A stretch of DNA of 64,000 nt from Prochlorococcus sp. AG-355-B18 (GCA_003280965.1 QCDI01000002.1:42581-106580); one strand, 5' to 3'. Positions 32,887 through 44,370 are shown, counted from the stretch's first letter. Translations and numbers: made by a program. The notes: a model not told the origin generated them from the sequence alone.

Positions 32887-34467
32887 ATGTCTGGTTCAAG
32901 ATGGTTTGACAAGTCTCTAGTACTTAGAGATGGAGTAAGACTTATATCCAGGATTTGGTTACCTAATAGTAATGGGCCATGGCCTGCATTATTAATGAGA
33001 CAACCATATGGCAGGGAAATAGCTTCAACTATTACCTATTCTCACCCAGAATGGTGGGCTTCCAAAGGATATATGGTAATAATTCAGGATGTTAGAGGTA
33101 TGGGTTCTTCTGAAGGAGTTTTTAATGGTTTTTCTCAAGAAGCTAGCGATACTTCAGAAACACATGAATGGGTAAGGTCTCTAAAAGAATGTAATGGAAA
33201 ACTTGGCTTATATGGTTTTTCATATCAAGGATTTACTCAACTAACTGGTGAATTAAATTCAAAGCCGCCCGATTGTTTATCTCCAGCAATGACTGGGATG
33301 AATATTAAGGATCATTGGTGCTCAGATGGAGGAGCATATTGGTGGCATAACAATATTGCATGGGGACTTCAAATCGCAGCAATAAAAATGAAAAGAGAAA
33401 ATAAATTGCTTGAGTGGGAAAAGATAAGATTAGCCTTAGAAAATAAAAGTTATTTAAGGGATGGTCTTAATATCCTAAAAAAATATGATTCTAATAGTTT
33501 TGTCTTGGAATGGCTTAAAAATTTAAATAATGCTATCCCATTTGAAGAATTTAAGCCAATTTCAACATGGATTAAACAACCTATGTTAATTATTGGAGGA
33601 CTTTGGGATCCACATTTAAAAGGTGCCTTTGATCTTTATAAAAAATCTGTAGAAGCTGGTGGTAGTCCGGAGATAATTATTGGAAATGCGACACATCTAG
33701 ATTGGTGGGAGGGCTCACAAGAATCTCTATTAAAATTTTTTGATAAACATTTAAAATTCGACGAAGAAATTAATTCTAAGGACTCTCAAAGAGAGAAAAA
33801 AATATGGAATATTTCATTAAATAAATGGGAAGAATTAGATAATAAATTTCACCCTGAATTTATTTTTGGACTCAAAAGTGATGGCACAGCAAATGTAGAT
33901 GTTGATGATGGAAGTTTGACCATAAATTCAAAAGGATCAGGATGGTTCACAATTGTTAATGACCCATGGAGGCCTACCCCATCTGACGGGGGACATTTAG
34001 GGCCAAATCCAGGAAAGTTTAATAGAAATATTATTGATAAACGTCTGGATGTAGGTATTTTTCAAACCAATTCTTTTGAAGAAGACCAATACTTAACAGG
34101 AGTACCCACAATAGAAATCCAAGTAAAAAGCGATCAACCTAATTTTGATATATGTCTTGCTTTATCTTTAGTTGAAGAAGGTGATGAGAAGGTGATTCAA
34201 TTTTCAACTGGATTCTTAAGGGTTAAAAGCTCTAAAATAAGTGAAGAATGCATTTATCAAATAACAATGCAGCCAACAAATATTTGTTTAATTAAAGGTA
34301 GTAAGCTTCGCTTATCTATATCCGCAGCAGCTTATCCCGCTATTGGAGTTAATCCTGGATTTGGGGAGGGAAATGTTGGGGCGCCTTCAGCAAATCATAG
34401 AATTATTACTCTAAGTTTTAACCTTAATAAAACATTTATGAAAATGACCCCTTTTTTTAATAAATAA
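32887..34467 (+). CDS. CocE/NonD family serine hydrolase
   Basis: MRQPYGR, QDVRGMGSSEG, GFSYQG nucleophile, GGLWD and ATH; C-terminal jelly-roll-like domain. Confidence 0.88.
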   Translation: MSGSRWFDKSLVLRDGVRLISRIWLPNSNGPWPALLMRQPYGREIASTITYSHPEWWASKGYMVIIQDVRGMGSSEGVFNGFSQEASDTSETHEWVRSLKECNGKLGLYGFSYQGFTQLTGELNSKPPDCLSPAMTGMNIKDHWCSDGGAYWWHNNIAWGLQIAAIKMKRENKLLEWEKIRLALENKSYLRDGLNILKKYDSNSFVLEWLKNLNNAIPFEEFKPISTWIKQPMLIIGGLWDPHLKGAFDLYKKSVEAGGSPEIIIGNATHLDWWEGSQESLLKFFDKHLKFDEEINSKDSQREKKIWNISLNKWEELDNKFHPEFIFGLKSDGTANVDVDDGSLTINSKGSGWFTIVNDPWRPTPSDGGHLGPNPGKFNRNIIDKRLDVGIFQTNSFEEDQYLTGVPTIEIQVKSDQPNFDICLALSLVEEGDEKVIQFSTGFLRVKSSKISEECIYQITMQPTNICLIKGSKLRLSISAAAYPAIGVNPGFGEGNVGAPSANHRIITLSFNLNKTFMKMTPFFNK

Positions 34468-34519
34468 TTATTTTTTTGGTTAATAATTTGATATTATTAA
34501 TCCTTAATATCTACCAGTC

Positions 34520-36784
34520 ATGATCGAGACAATTCAAGCAGACTGGATTAAATCAGAAGCTATCAACCTAGAAAATTGTTGCAATGATAATCCATTAAAA
34601 ATATTAGGTCCTCATTTTTATGAAAAGCAATGGGTAATAAGGGTATGGATGCCTGAAGCCGACGAAGTTAAAATAAATTTTAAAAATAATATCTACAAAG
34701 CAGAAAGCATAAATCATAAATGGCTTTTTGAAGCAATACTGCCTGAAAATCCTAGTTCTAATTACGAAATATATATTTCAAGAGGAGGGATCACACATAC
34801 ACAACATGACCCTTGGTCATATAGAGAAGAGTGGATGGGAGAAGTTGATAGACATCTTTTTGCAGAAGGTAATCATCATCATATCTGGGAAAAAATGGGA
34901 GCACATCTCATTGAAGAAAAGAATCAAAAAGGTGTCATGTTTTGCATCTGGGCTCCAAATGCAAAATCAATTTCGATAATTGGAGATATAAATTCTTGGG
35001 ATGGAAGACATCATCCAATGCAAAAAAGATTAGGGGGAATTTGGGAACTATTCATGCCAACAATGCAAGAGTGCGACACATATAAATACGAAATAAGAAC
35101 ACAACAAGGTCATATTTATGAGAAAGCTGATCCATATGGTTTCCTTCATGAAATCAGACCTCAAAATGGATCAATAGTTTCAAAATTGAAAAACTTTAAT
35201 TGGAATGATAGTTCTTGGATTTCAAATAGAGATTCTTCTAGTCAAATTAACAAGCCAATTTCAGTTTATGAAATGCATTTAGGAAGTTGGCTCCATGAAT
35301 CAACAGATAATAAATATCTTGAGGCCAATGGTGAACAAAGAGAAGCAGTGCCTGCAGCCGATTTAAAACCTGGAACAAGATTATTAACTTATCCAGAATT
35401 AACCAAGAAACTCATTCCTTACGTAAAAGAGAGAGGATTCACTCATATTGAATTAATGCCAATATCTGAACATCCTTTCGATGGTTCATGGGGATACCAG
35501 GTTACAGGCTGGTACGCACCAACAAGTAGATTTGGCACCCCAAATGAATTTAGAGAGTTTGTAAATAAATGTCATGAAGAGGGCATAGGCGTAATTCTTG
35601 ATTGGGTGCCTGGTCATTTTCCAAAAGATAAGCATGGTTTAGCATTTTTTGATGGCTGCCATCTTTATGAACATGGAGATTCACGAATAGGTGAACACAA
35701 GGAATGGGGAACCCTAATATTTAATTACAGCAGAAACGAAGTAAGAAATTTCTTAGTAGCTAACCTCGTTTATTGGTTTGAAGAGTTTCATATTGATGGC
35801 ATAAGAGTAGATGCTGTAGCTTCAATGCTTTACAGAGATTATCTACGTCCAGATGGAGAATGGATACCTAATGAAAATGGTGGGAATGAAAATATAGAAG
35901 CCGTTAAATTTCTTCAACAGGCTAATCATGTACTATTCCAACACTTCCCAGGTGCACTTTCTATCGCTGAAGAATCAACAACTTGGCCAATGGTAACCAA
36001 ACCAACTGACATGGGAGGTTTAGGGTTTAACTTGAAATGGAATATGGGATGGATGCACGATATGCTTGATTATTTTGAAATAGATCCTTGGTTTAGGCAA
36101 TTCCATCAAAATAGTGTAACTTTCTCAATTACATACAACTATACAGAGAACTTTATGCTTGCACTTAGTCATGATGAGGTTGTCCATGGGAAAAGTCATC
36201 TTTTGCATAAAATGCCTGGCGACGACTGGAAGAAATATGCAAATACTCGAGCATTACTAACATATATGTGGACCCACCCTGGTAAAAAAACGATATTTAT
36301 GGGAATGGAATTTGGGCAAAGACAAGAATGGAATGTTTGGGATGATCTGCAATGGGAGTTACTAGAGTTTGAGCCTCATAAAGGTATCAGAAACTTGATT
36401 GATGACCTAAACGTTCTTTATAAAAATGAACCTGCATTATGGAAAAATGACTTTGATCCATATGGATTCCAATGGATTGATTGTAATGACAAATCTAATT
36501 CAGTTATAAGTTTCATGAGAAGAGAAAACGATACCAATGAGTGGCTTGTTGTTGTTGCTAACTTTACACCTAATACTCATGGGTCATACAAAGTAGGTGT
36601 TCCTGTGGAAGGATTCTATAAAGAAATATTTAATTCAGATGGCTCTAGATACGGGGGCAGTAACAAAGGAAATATGGGGGGTAAAGAAACTATAAATTAC
36701 AATATTCATGATTATCAAAATGCTCTAGAACTTGCTTTGCCCCCATTAAGCGTGAGTATCTTCAAGCATCAATCAAAAAAATAA
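34520..36784 (+). CDS. glgB: 1,4-alpha-glucan branching enzyme
   Basis: GH13 motifs [40 protein letters not shown] and [10 protein letters not shown]. Confidence 0.97.
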   Translation: MIETIQADWIKSEAINLENCCNDNPLKILGPHFYEKQWVIRVWMPEADEVKINFKNNIYKAESINHKWLFEAILPENPSSNYEIYISRGGITHTQHDPWSYREEWMGEVDRHLFAEGNHHHIWEKMGAHLIEEKNQKGVMFCIWAPNAKSISIIGDINSWDGRHHPMQKRLGGIWELFMPTMQECDTYKYEIRTQQGHIYEKADPYGFLHEIRPQNGSIVSKLKNFNWNDSSWISNRDSSSQINKPISVYEMHLGSWLHESTDNKYLEANGEQREAVPAADLKPGTRLLTYPELTKKLIPYVKERGFTHIELMPISEHPFDGSWGYQVTGWYAPTSRFGTPNEFREFVNKCHEEGIGVILDWVPGHFPKDKHGLAFFDGCHLYEHGDSRIGEHKEWGTLIFNYSRNEVRNFLVANLVYWFEEFHIDGIRVDAVASMLYRDYLRPDGEWIPNENGGNENIEAVKFLQQANHVLFQHFPGALSIAEESTTWPMVTKPTDMGGLGFNLKWNMGWMHDMLDYFEIDPWFRQFHQNSVTFSITYNYTENFMLALSHDEVVHGKSHLLHKMPGDDWKKYANTRALLTYMWTHPGKKTIFMGMEFGQRQEWNVWDDLQWELLEFEPHKGIRNLIDDLNVLYKNEPALWKNDFDPYGFQWIDCNDKSNSVISFMRRENDTNEWLVVVANFTPNTHGSYKVGVPVEGFYKEIFNSDGSRYGGSNKGNMGGKETINYNIHDYQNALELALPPLSVSIFKHQSKK

Positions 36785-36900
36785 GAAGGCTCATTTAACT
36801 TAGTGCTTCATATAAATGTTCATATAACGCTTTTGCTCTGCTTTACATTGTAAGATTTTTAAGTTGGATTTTAATTTTTTTTTAAATATTGAATTGAAAA

Positions 36901-37941
36901 ATGGGTCAAGATTTACCACTACTACTTTCTGCCGCATTAGGTAAAAAAGTAAATAGGCCTCCAGTATGGATGATGAGGCAAGCAGGAAGATATATGAAAA
37001 TCTATAGAGATTTAAGGGAGCGTTACCCAAGCTTTAGAGAGAGGTCTGAAAATCCAGAACTGTCATATGAGATTTCAATGCAGCCTTTTCATGCTTTCAG
37101 ACCGGATGGTGTGATCCTTTTTTCAGATATTCTCACACCTCTTCCAGGGATGGGCATAAATTTCGAAATAATAGAAAGCAAAGGTCCAATTATTGAGGAC
37201 CCAATAAGAACTCTTAAACAGGTAGAAAATTTAAAAGAATTAAATCCAAGTGAGAGTTTAAGCTTTGTTGGGCAAGTTCTTTCTTCACTAAAAAAAGATG
37301 TTAATAATGATGCAACAGTTTTAGGTTTTGTTGGCGCACCTTGGACTCTTGCTGCATATGTAGTTGAAGGTAAAAGTAGTAAAAATTATTCATTAATAAA
37401 ATCAATGGCTTTTAATGAACCAGATTTACTTCATAAACTTCTTGATCATTTTGCAAAATCTATTGGTGAATATCTTAAATATCAAATAAAATCTGGAGCG
37501 CAAGTAGTACAAATTTTTGATTCATGGGCAGGCCAACTAAGCCCACAAGATTACGATATCTTTGCTGGTCCGTATCAAAAAAAAGTTGTTGAAATTGTAA
37601 AAGCAGAATACCCTGAAACTCCAATAATTCTCTACATTTCAGGAAGTGCTGGTGTCATAGAAAGAATGGCAAAAACTGGAGTAGATATAATCTCATTAGA
37701 CTGGACAGTAGATATCGAAGAGGCTTGTAAAAGAATCCCTAGTGGGATAGGAATTCAAGGTAATATTGATCCTGGCATTTTATTCGGGAACAAAGAATCA
37801 ATAAAAAAAAGGATAGATAATACTTTTAATAAAATAAAAGACAGGAAATATATTCTTAATTTGGGTCATGGGATATTACCTGGGACTCCAGAAGAAAATG
37901 CTCAAACATTTTTTGAACATGGAAAAAAACTCACTTACTAG
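36901..37941 (+). CDS. hemE: Uroporphyrinogen decarboxylase
   Basis: [33 protein letters not shown] and NLGHGI motifs. Confidence 0.97.
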   Translation: MGQDLPLLLSAALGKKVNRPPVWMMRQAGRYMKIYRDLRERYPSFRERSENPELSYEISMQPFHAFRPDGVILFSDILTPLPGMGINFEIIESKGPIIEDPIRTLKQVENLKELNPSESLSFVGQVLSSLKKDVNNDATVLGFVGAPWTLAAYVVEGKSSKNYSLIKSMAFNEPDLLHKLLDHFAKSIGEYLKYQIKSGAQVVQIFDSWAGQLSPQDYDIFAGPYQKKVVEIVKAEYPETPIILYISGSAGVIERMAKTGVDIISLDWTVDIEEACKRIPSGIGIQGNIDPGILFGNKESIKKRIDNTFNKIKDRKYILNLGHGILPGTPEENAQTFFEHGKKLTY

Positions 37942-37949
37942 TTTAAGTC

Positions 37950-38933
37950 TTGGCATATAAAAACTTATTAATCACAGGTGCGAATGGATGTGTTGGCCAA
38001 TATGTAGTTGATTGGTTTTTAAAAAACACAAAATTCAGGCTTTATCTCATGGTAAGAGATAAAAGTAAGTTGCCAATTTCTATTCAAGAAAATAGAAAAG
38101 TCAAGTTAATGGTTTGTGATATCAGGGAATCAAATAGGTATAAAAAGGAAATTAGTCAAATAAATTACCTAATACACACTGCTACCGCTTGGGGAGATCC
38201 AAGAAGAGCCTATGAAGTAAATATTAAAGCATTTGAAGAATTACTTGAAATGCTTGATATTGAAAAATTAGAAAAGATTATTTATTTTTCAACGGCTAGT
38301 ATTCTTGATACCCAAACAGAACTAATGAGGGAATCATTGATTTATGGAACTGAGTACATTCAAACAAAATATGAATGTTTCCAAAGACTTAGAGAAAGCT
38401 CATTTGCAGAAAAAACATTTGCTGTTTTCCCTACCTTAGTTTTTGGAGGAAATCTTGGGGGAAAAAGTAAATATCCTGTGAGTTATTTAACTAGTGGATT
38501 GGAAGAGATTGGGAAATGGCTTTGGTTAGCAAGATTTTTCAAACTCGATTCTAAATTTCACTTTATACACGCAAATGATATCGCCCAGATTTGCGGGTTT
38601 CTAATCAAAAATCATAAAGAAGACCAATACAAAGGCTTTAGAAAATTTGTGTTAGGTCAGAAATTCATTTCAATTGATGATGCCATAATTACACTTTTAA
38701 AAAGACATAATATGGAGAGATACTTTGCGATACCGCTTACAAAAAATATTCTAAAAATATTATTAAGAATTCTCCCCATCCAAACTACTCCTTGGGATAG
38801 CTTCAGTATCAAAAAATATGACTTTAATCATGTCCCCATCACTAATCCTGAGACTTTCAAACTTAAAAGTTATGCCAAGTCACTGAATGATATTTTAAGG
38901 TTATCAAAGTTACCAAGCTGTAATAACAATTAA
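37950..38933 (+). CDS. NAD(P)-dependent epimerase/dehydratase (extended SDR)
   Basis: ITGANGCVG Rossmann motif, HTATAWG, FSTAS and YIQTK (YxxxK); TTG start. Confidence 0.82.
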   Translation: MAYKNLLITGANGCVGQYVVDWFLKNTKFRLYLMVRDKSKLPISIQENRKVKLMVCDIRESNRYKKEISQINYLIHTATAWGDPRRAYEVNIKAFEELLEMLDIEKLEKIIYFSTASILDTQTELMRESLIYGTEYIQTKYECFQRLRESSFAEKTFAVFPTLVFGGNLGGKSKYPVSYLTSGLEEIGKWLWLARFFKLDSKFHFIHANDIAQICGFLIKNHKEDQYKGFRKFVLGQKFISIDDAIITLLKRHNMERYFAIPLTKNILKILLRILPIQTTPWDSFSIKKYDFNHVPITNPETFKLKSYAKSLNDILRLSKLPSCNNN

Positions 38934-38992
38934 AATTCTCGCAGTTAGGTAACCAAAGCCTTGTAATATATATAAATAAGTAAATTTTAATT

Positions 38993-39343
38993 ATGTTACG
39001 TTCAATCTTTGCAGGGTTATTCGCAATAGTTTTAACTCTAGGTCTAGGTATCTCATCAGTTTCAGCTAAGACTGTTGAAGTAAAACTCGGAACAGATGCT
39101 GGAATGCTTGCATTTGAACCGAGTACAGTAACCATTAGTACTGGTGATACAGTTAAATTCGTCAATAATAAACTAGCCCCTCACAATGCTGTTTTTGATG
39201 GCCATGAGGAATTAAGTCATGCAGACTTAGCTTTTGCTCCAGGAGAGTCTTGGGAAGAAACATTTGATACTGCTGGAACTTATGATTACTATTGCGAGCC
39301 ACATAGAGGCGCTGGAATGGTAGGTAAAGTTATAGTTGAATAA
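38993..39343 (+). CDS. petE: Plastocyanin
   Basis: Signal peptide; PHNAVF and [10 protein letters not shown] give the His/Cys/His/Met copper ligands. Confidence 0.97.
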   Translation: MLRSIFAGLFAIVLTLGLGISSVSAKTVEVKLGTDAGMLAFEPSTVTISTGDTVKFVNNKLAPHNAVFDGHEELSHADLAFAPGESWEETFDTAGTYDYYCEPHRGAGMVGKVIVE

Positions 39344-39406
39344 ATCTTCTAAATAGTTAATATACCCTTTTACTTAATATTTATTACAGTCATATCCAAT
39401 TCTTGA

Positions 39407-41992
39407 TTGATGAAAATAGTTCCAAGCGAATTTTCAAATTCTGCTTGGGACTTTTTTATTTCTGCCAAAGAAATTGCTTATAAAAATCACCAACAAGACG
39501 TAGACTCAGATAATTTATTGTTAGCTCTTATAAAGGAGGACAACTTTACAAAAAAGATCTTAAAAAAAAATAATGTAAACATCAAAGAGTTTGAGAAAGA
39601 AATAGTTTCTTCATTAAGTTCAAAGGCAAAAATGAAAAACAAACAGGATAACTTGTATATTGGTGATTCTCTTTACAAAATATTTTTAAAAGCAAATGAT
39701 ATTAAAAACGCTTTAGATGATGTAGTGATATCAACAGAACACTTAGTTTACGGTTTGACTTATGATGATAAATACGGATTACGAATCTTAAATCAAAAAA
39801 GTATCCCTGTATTTCTTGAAACTATTAAGAAAATGAAGTCAGATCCAGCATTAAAAAATGACTTTGATACTTCTAATGAGTCTTTAGATAAATATGGTAT
39901 TGATCTAACCCAATCAGCAAGGGATGGAGTCTTAGATCCAGTTATTGGTAGGGATGAAGAAATTAGAAGAACAATTCAAATATTGAGTAGAAGAACAAAA
40001 AATAATCCCGTTCTTATTGGAGAACCTGGAGTTGGTAAAACAGCCATAGTGGAAGGGTTGTCTCAAAGAATTATTAATGGCGATGTACCTTCTGCATTGC
40101 AAAATAGGCAACTAATTTCATTAGATATGGGTTCACTTTTAGCTGGAGCAAAATATCGTGGTGAATTTGAAGAAAGAATAAAAAATGTCCTAAAGAAAGT
40201 GAAAGAATCAGACGGTAAGATCATTCTTTTTATTGACGAAATTCATACAGTAGTTGGTGCAGGCGCTAGTGGAGGTTCTTTAGATGCAAGCAACTTATTA
40301 AAACCAATGCTTGCAAGAGGAGAACTTAGATGTATTGGTGCTACAACTATTAATGAACACAAACAAAATATAGAAAAAGATCCTGCATTAGAACGTAGAT
40401 TTCAGAAAATAAAAATTGATGCTCCTTCAATAGATGATACTGTATCAATATTAAGAGGATTAAGAGAAAGATATGAAGTTCACCATAGTGTGAGAATTTC
40501 TGATAATGCTTTGGTTGCAGCAGCCACCCTTAGCGAAAGATATATTAACGATAGATTTCTTCCTGACAAAGCAATTGATTTAATCGATGAAGCAGCCTCA
40601 AGATTGAATATGGTCATAACTTCCAAACCTGAAGAAATCGATGAAATTGATCGAAAAGTCCTTCAGTATGAGATGGAAAAATTATCTTTAAAAAGAGAAA
40701 CAGATGAGTTTTCCATAGAAAGATTAAAAAAAATTAATAATGAACTTATTTCACTTAAAAAAAGACAGGAAGAATTAGGCGCTCAATGGAAAAAAGAAAA
40801 AGATGAAATTAATGAGATTAGCACCATAAAAGAAGAAATTGAATCCATACAATTACAAATAGATCAAGCTAAAAGGAATTTCGACCTCAATAAAGCAGCA
40901 GAATTGGAATTTGGGACTTTAAATTCTTTACAAAAAAAATTAAAAGAAAAAAGTGAGTCCCTTGTTAATTCTCAAAAAAATGGAGTGACAAGTCTTTTAA
41001 GGCAAGAGGTGACTTTTGATGATATTGCAGAAGTTGTCTCAAAGTGGACCTCAATTCCAGTTCAAAACTTAAACCAGTCAGAAAAAGATAAGCTTTTAAG
41101 CCTAGAGTCGACCCTTAAAGAAAAAATCATTGGTCAAGAAAGTGCAATTAGAGCTGTTGCAGATTCAATTAAGAGATCGAGGACTGGACTAAATGATCCA
41201 AACAAGCCATTAGCCAGTTTCCTCTTTTTAGGTCCAACTGGTGTTGGGAAAACAGAACTGAGTAAAGTGACAGCAAAAATTATATTCGATTCAAATTCCT
41301 CAATTACAAGACTGGATATGTCTGAATATATGGAAAAGCATTCAGTTAGCAAAATCATAGGTGCCCCTCCTGGATATTTAGGTTTCGAATCAGGCGGTCA
41401 ATTAACTGAAGCAGTGCGAAAAAGTCCTTATTCGTTGATACTTCTTGATGAAATAGAAAAAGCACACAAAGATATTTTAGATATTCTTTTACAGGTTCTT
41501 GATGATGGAATTATTACTGATGGTCAGGGTCGTACAATCAATTTCAAAAATTCAATCATTGTTCTCACAAGTAATTTAGGAAGCCAATCAATAAATGATC
41601 TATCAGTTAGAAAAGAAGATACAAATGAAATTAAAAAAGTTGTAGATAATGAACTTAAAAAATTTTTCAAGCCTGAGTTTTTAAATCGACTTGATGAAAT
41701 AGTTATTTTTAATAATTTAGAATTAAACGAGATAAAAGAAATTGCAAAAATCCAACTTCAAAATTTAGAAAAAAGACTTAACAAAAAAAACTTAAAATTC
41801 AAAATTACGGATGAAGCAATTAACCAACTTGTCGAAGATAGTTTCGATCATGCGTATGGTGCAAGGCCTTTAAAAAGAATTATTCAAAAACAACTTGAGA
41901 CAAAAATTTCAAATAATATTTTGAATAATCACTACCTTAATAAAGACGAAATTAATATTTATCAGGTTAATGGAGAGATAATTGTTGATTAA
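39407..41992 (+). CDS. clpB: ATP-dependent chaperone ClpB (ClpB2-like)
   Basis: Two AAA+ modules (GEPGVGKT, GPTGVGKT) with a coiled-coil M domain; DPALERRF and GARPL. Confidence 0.95.
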   Translation: MMKIVPSEFSNSAWDFFISAKEIAYKNHQQDVDSDNLLLALIKEDNFTKKILKKNNVNIKEFEKEIVSSLSSKAKMKNKQDNLYIGDSLYKIFLKANDIKNALDDVVISTEHLVYGLTYDDKYGLRILNQKSIPVFLETIKKMKSDPALKNDFDTSNESLDKYGIDLTQSARDGVLDPVIGRDEEIRRTIQILSRRTKNNPVLIGEPGVGKTAIVEGLSQRIINGDVPSALQNRQLISLDMGSLLAGAKYRGEFEERIKNVLKKVKESDGKIILFIDEIHTVVGAGASGGSLDASNLLKPMLARGELRCIGATTINEHKQNIEKDPALERRFQKIKIDAPSIDDTVSILRGLRERYEVHHSVRISDNALVAAATLSERYINDRFLPDKAIDLIDEAASRLNMVITSKPEEIDEIDRKVLQYEMEKLSLKRETDEFSIERLKKINNELISLKKRQEELGAQWKKEKDEINEISTIKEEIESIQLQIDQAKRNFDLNKAAELEFGTLNSLQKKLKEKSESLVNSQKNGVTSLLRQEVTFDDIAEVVSKWTSIPVQNLNQSEKDKLLSLESTLKEKIIGQESAIRAVADSIKRSRTGLNDPNKPLASFLFLGPTGVGKTELSKVTAKIIFDSNSSITRLDMSEYMEKHSVSKIIGAPPGYLGFESGGQLTEAVRKSPYSLILLDEIEKAHKDILDILLQVLDDGIITDGQGRTINFKNSIIVLTSNLGSQSINDLSVRKEDTNEIKKVVDNELKKFFKPEFLNRLDEIVIFNNLELNEIKEIAKIQLQNLEKRLNKKNLKFKITDEAINQLVEDSFDHAYGARPLKRIIQKQLETKISNNILNNHYLNKDEINIYQVNGEIIVD

Positions 41993-42042
41993 ATATATAA
42001 ATAAAAGAAATCTATATGACTACAAATTTAACAACTTTAAAT

Positions 42043-42516
42043 CTAAGGTTTGAACCAAACTGGAATTTCCTCATAACATGCTTTATTAGATTTATTTTCT
42101 TTTGATTCTGTTTTCCAACAACATGTTCTTCCCTTATCCTTATCCTTCAAGTATTCATTAGCCCATCTCCAGATTAATTCAGAACTAAACTCCATTCCCA
42201 CATTGCCCATAATTCTCAGATCTAAAGCATCTAAGTCATTTAATTCTTTCCAATAATTCATTAAGGGGTCATCTTTATTTATCAAAAAAGTATGATCAAA
42301 TTGCTCCTTTAGTCTATTTTCAAGAGGTTTTAGACTTGAAAAATCCACAACAAAACCATTTAGGTCTAATTTTTTTGCAGTAAACCAAAAGGTAAAAGAT
42401 CTTGAATATCCATGTACAAATCTGCAGTGGCCTTCATGGTTCCATTGCCTATGTGAACAGGGAAAATCATCATAACTTTTACTGCATGAAAATTTCAGAG
42501 AATGAATATACATCAA
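42043..42516 (-). CDS. queD: 6-carboxy-5,6,7,8-tetrahydropterin synthase (PTPS/QueD family)
   Basis: CSHRQW, GHCRFVHGY, VVDF and FDHTFL motifs. Confidence 0.82.
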   Translation of the reverse strand: MMYIHSLKFSCSKSYDDFPCSHRQWNHEGHCRFVHGYSRSFTFWFTAKKLDLNGFVVDFSSLKPLENRLKEQFDHTFLINKDDPLMNYWKELNDLDALDLRIMGNVGMEFSSELIWRWANEYLKDKDKGRTCCWKTESKENKSNKACYEEIPVWFKP

Positions 42517-42576
42517 TTAACTGTTAGGATATTCTTTAATAAAACACATTGAGCAGGAATTAGCATACCGAACATA

Positions 42577-43236
42577 ATGGCTTATTCAACTAATTTTTCG
42601 ATAGAAGATCTACACTTTGATAATAATGGATTAATCCCCGCAGTAGCACAAGATTGGCTAGACGGATCAATACTTATGCTTGCTTGGATGAATAAAGAAT
42701 CCTTGACAAAAACTCTTGAAACTAAAAACGTTCATTATTGGAGTAGATCAAGATCCGAACTTTGGAGAAAAGGAGCTACAAGTGGAAGTACCCAACTACT
42801 AAAAGAGATAAGATTCGACTGCGATAATGATGCACTAATCCTTTTGATTGAACAAAATGGTTCGGGAGCTTGTCACACTGGAGAAAAAAGTTGCTTCTTC
42901 AACGAAATCCAAATCAACCAAAATAATAAAAAAGAGAAGAAAACAACTCCCTTCTCGAATATTTGCTCTGAATTGTTTAATATCATTAATGAAAGATCAA
43001 TAAACCCTTCAGAAAAAAGCTATACAAATTACTTATTAACAAAAGGCAGTAATACTATTTTAAAAAAAATAGGGGAAGAATCTGCTGAATTTATAATGGC
43101 TTGCAAAGATAATGACAAAAATTCAATCTCAAATGAAGCTGCAGATTTAATTTATCATTTGCAAGTAGCCCTTATGCACAAAGATGTTGACTGGAGAGAT
43201 GTTCTTGCTGTTCTAGAATCAAGAAGAAAAAATTAA
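42577..43236 (+). CDS. hisIE: Bifunctional PR-AMP cyclohydrolase / PR-ATP pyrophosphatase
   Basis: YWSRSR.ELWRKG.TSG, DCDND and ACHTG..SCF, followed by SYT, KKIGEESAE and EAADLIYH. Confidence 0.95.
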   Translation: MAYSTNFSIEDLHFDNNGLIPAVAQDWLDGSILMLAWMNKESLTKTLETKNVHYWSRSRSELWRKGATSGSTQLLKEIRFDCDNDALILLIEQNGSGACHTGEKSCFFNEIQINQNNKKEKKTTPFSNICSELFNIINERSINPSEKSYTNYLLTKGSNTILKKIGEESAEFIMACKDNDKNSISNEAADLIYHLQVALMHKDVDWRDVLAVLESRRKN

Positions 43237-43314
43237 ATAATAAAATTAATTAATTTTTAAGTATTCTATTTAAAATTAGGGTAAAAGTTATTAAACAAAC
43301 TAATTAACAATAAT

Positions 43315-43347
43315 TAATTAATTATTAATTAATTATTAATTAATTAT
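43315..43347. repeat. Perfect tandem repeat TAATTAATTAT x3
   Basis: Three exact 11-bp units at 43315, 43326 and 43337 in the hisIE-sigma intergenic region. Confidence 0.9.
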
Positions 43348-43408
43348 TACATGTATGGCTTATTACTGAATTAACTATAAGTTGAATATATCAATTAAGA
43401 GGTAAATC

Positions 43409-44332
43409 GTGAGTTCATTAAGCGATTTTCTTGGTGAAATTGGGCGTCACCAACTCTTGACTCCCGAAAGAGAACTCACAATGGGCAGAAAAGTCCAAGA
43501 AATGGTTGTGCTTGTTAATAGATGTCAAGAGGCAGGTGGTAAAGGACCTGCTTGTGAGTATTCAGAAGCTGAGAGAAAAAAAATCAAAATTGGTGAAAAA
43601 GCCAAAAATGAGATGATAACAGCCAACCTAAGGTTAGTTGTGAATCTTGCTAAAAGATATCAAGGCAAGGGGCTTGAGTTGCTGGACTTGATTCAGGAAG
43701 GGACATTAGGCCTTACAAGAGCTGTAGAAAAGTATGATCCCTCTAGGGGGCACAGATTTTCGACCTATGCTTACTGGTGGATTAGGCAAGGATTAAATAG
43801 AGCATTATCAACTCAAAGTAGAACCATTAGGATTCCTGTAAATATTAATGAAAAACTTACAAAATTAAGATCCGCGAAATCAAAGCTCATGCAACTGAAA
43901 GGTATCCCCCCTACAAGCAATGAGCTGGCTGAAGAAATGAAAATAACTAAAGAGGAAATTGATGAACTCCTATCTTGTGAACTGAGAAGTATTACTGTTA
44001 GTCTCCAAGGTACAGTTAAATCCAAGTCAGATCCTTCTGAGTTAGTAGATATTCTTCCAAGTGATCAGACTCCTCCAATGGAGTTAGCCGAATTAGCCGA
44101 GAGAACAGCCTCTGCTTGGAAGTTATTAGACAAAGCAAATCTAACTGAAAAAGAAAGAAAAATAGTAAGCCTGAGATTTGGTTTAGATGGTTCAAATGAG
44201 TGGAGAACTTTAGCTGAAGTTGCAAGACATATGAGTTGTAGTAGAGAATATTGCCGCCAAGTAGTTCAACGTGCGCTAAGAAAACTAAGAAAAGCTGGGA
44301 TACAAAATGGATTAGTCGATAGTATTAGTTAA
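43409..44332 (+). CDS. Group 2 sigma-70 family RNA polymerase sigma factor
   Basis: No region 1.1; region 1.2 FLGEIGR..LL, ANLRLVV, DLIQEG, FSTYAYWWIRQ and region 4 RFGL..TLAEVA; GTG start. Confidence 0.93.
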   Translation: MSSLSDFLGEIGRHQLLTPERELTMGRKVQEMVVLVNRCQEAGGKGPACEYSEAERKKIKIGEKAKNEMITANLRLVVNLAKRYQGKGLELLDLIQEGTLGLTRAVEKYDPSRGHRFSTYAYWWIRQGLNRALSTQSRTIRIPVNINEKLTKLRSAKSKLMQLKGIPPTSNELAEEMKITKEEIDELLSCELRSITVSLQGTVKSKSDPSELVDILPSDQTPPMELAELAERTASAWKLLDKANLTEKERKIVSLRFGLDGSNEWRTLAEVARHMSCSREYCRQVVQRALRKLRKAGIQNGLVDSIS

Positions 44333-44370
44333 AGTTTTCAGTTAAACATTTAAAAATTTCATTTATAAGG

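Noticed and set aside
34728-34979. 83-aa same-strand, alternative-frame ORF inside glgB
   Set aside because: Fully nested out of frame in a conserved gene, with no motif or independent signal.
36800-37030. 76-aa minus-strand ORF across the glgB-hemE gap
   Set aside because: Overlaps the hemE start antisense; no recognisable family.
38863-39165. 100-aa ORF antisense to petE
   Set aside because: A shadow of plastocyanin and the SDR 3' end.
43315-43347. CRISPR-like array
   Set aside because: The units are 11 bp, contiguous and have no spacers; no cas genes.
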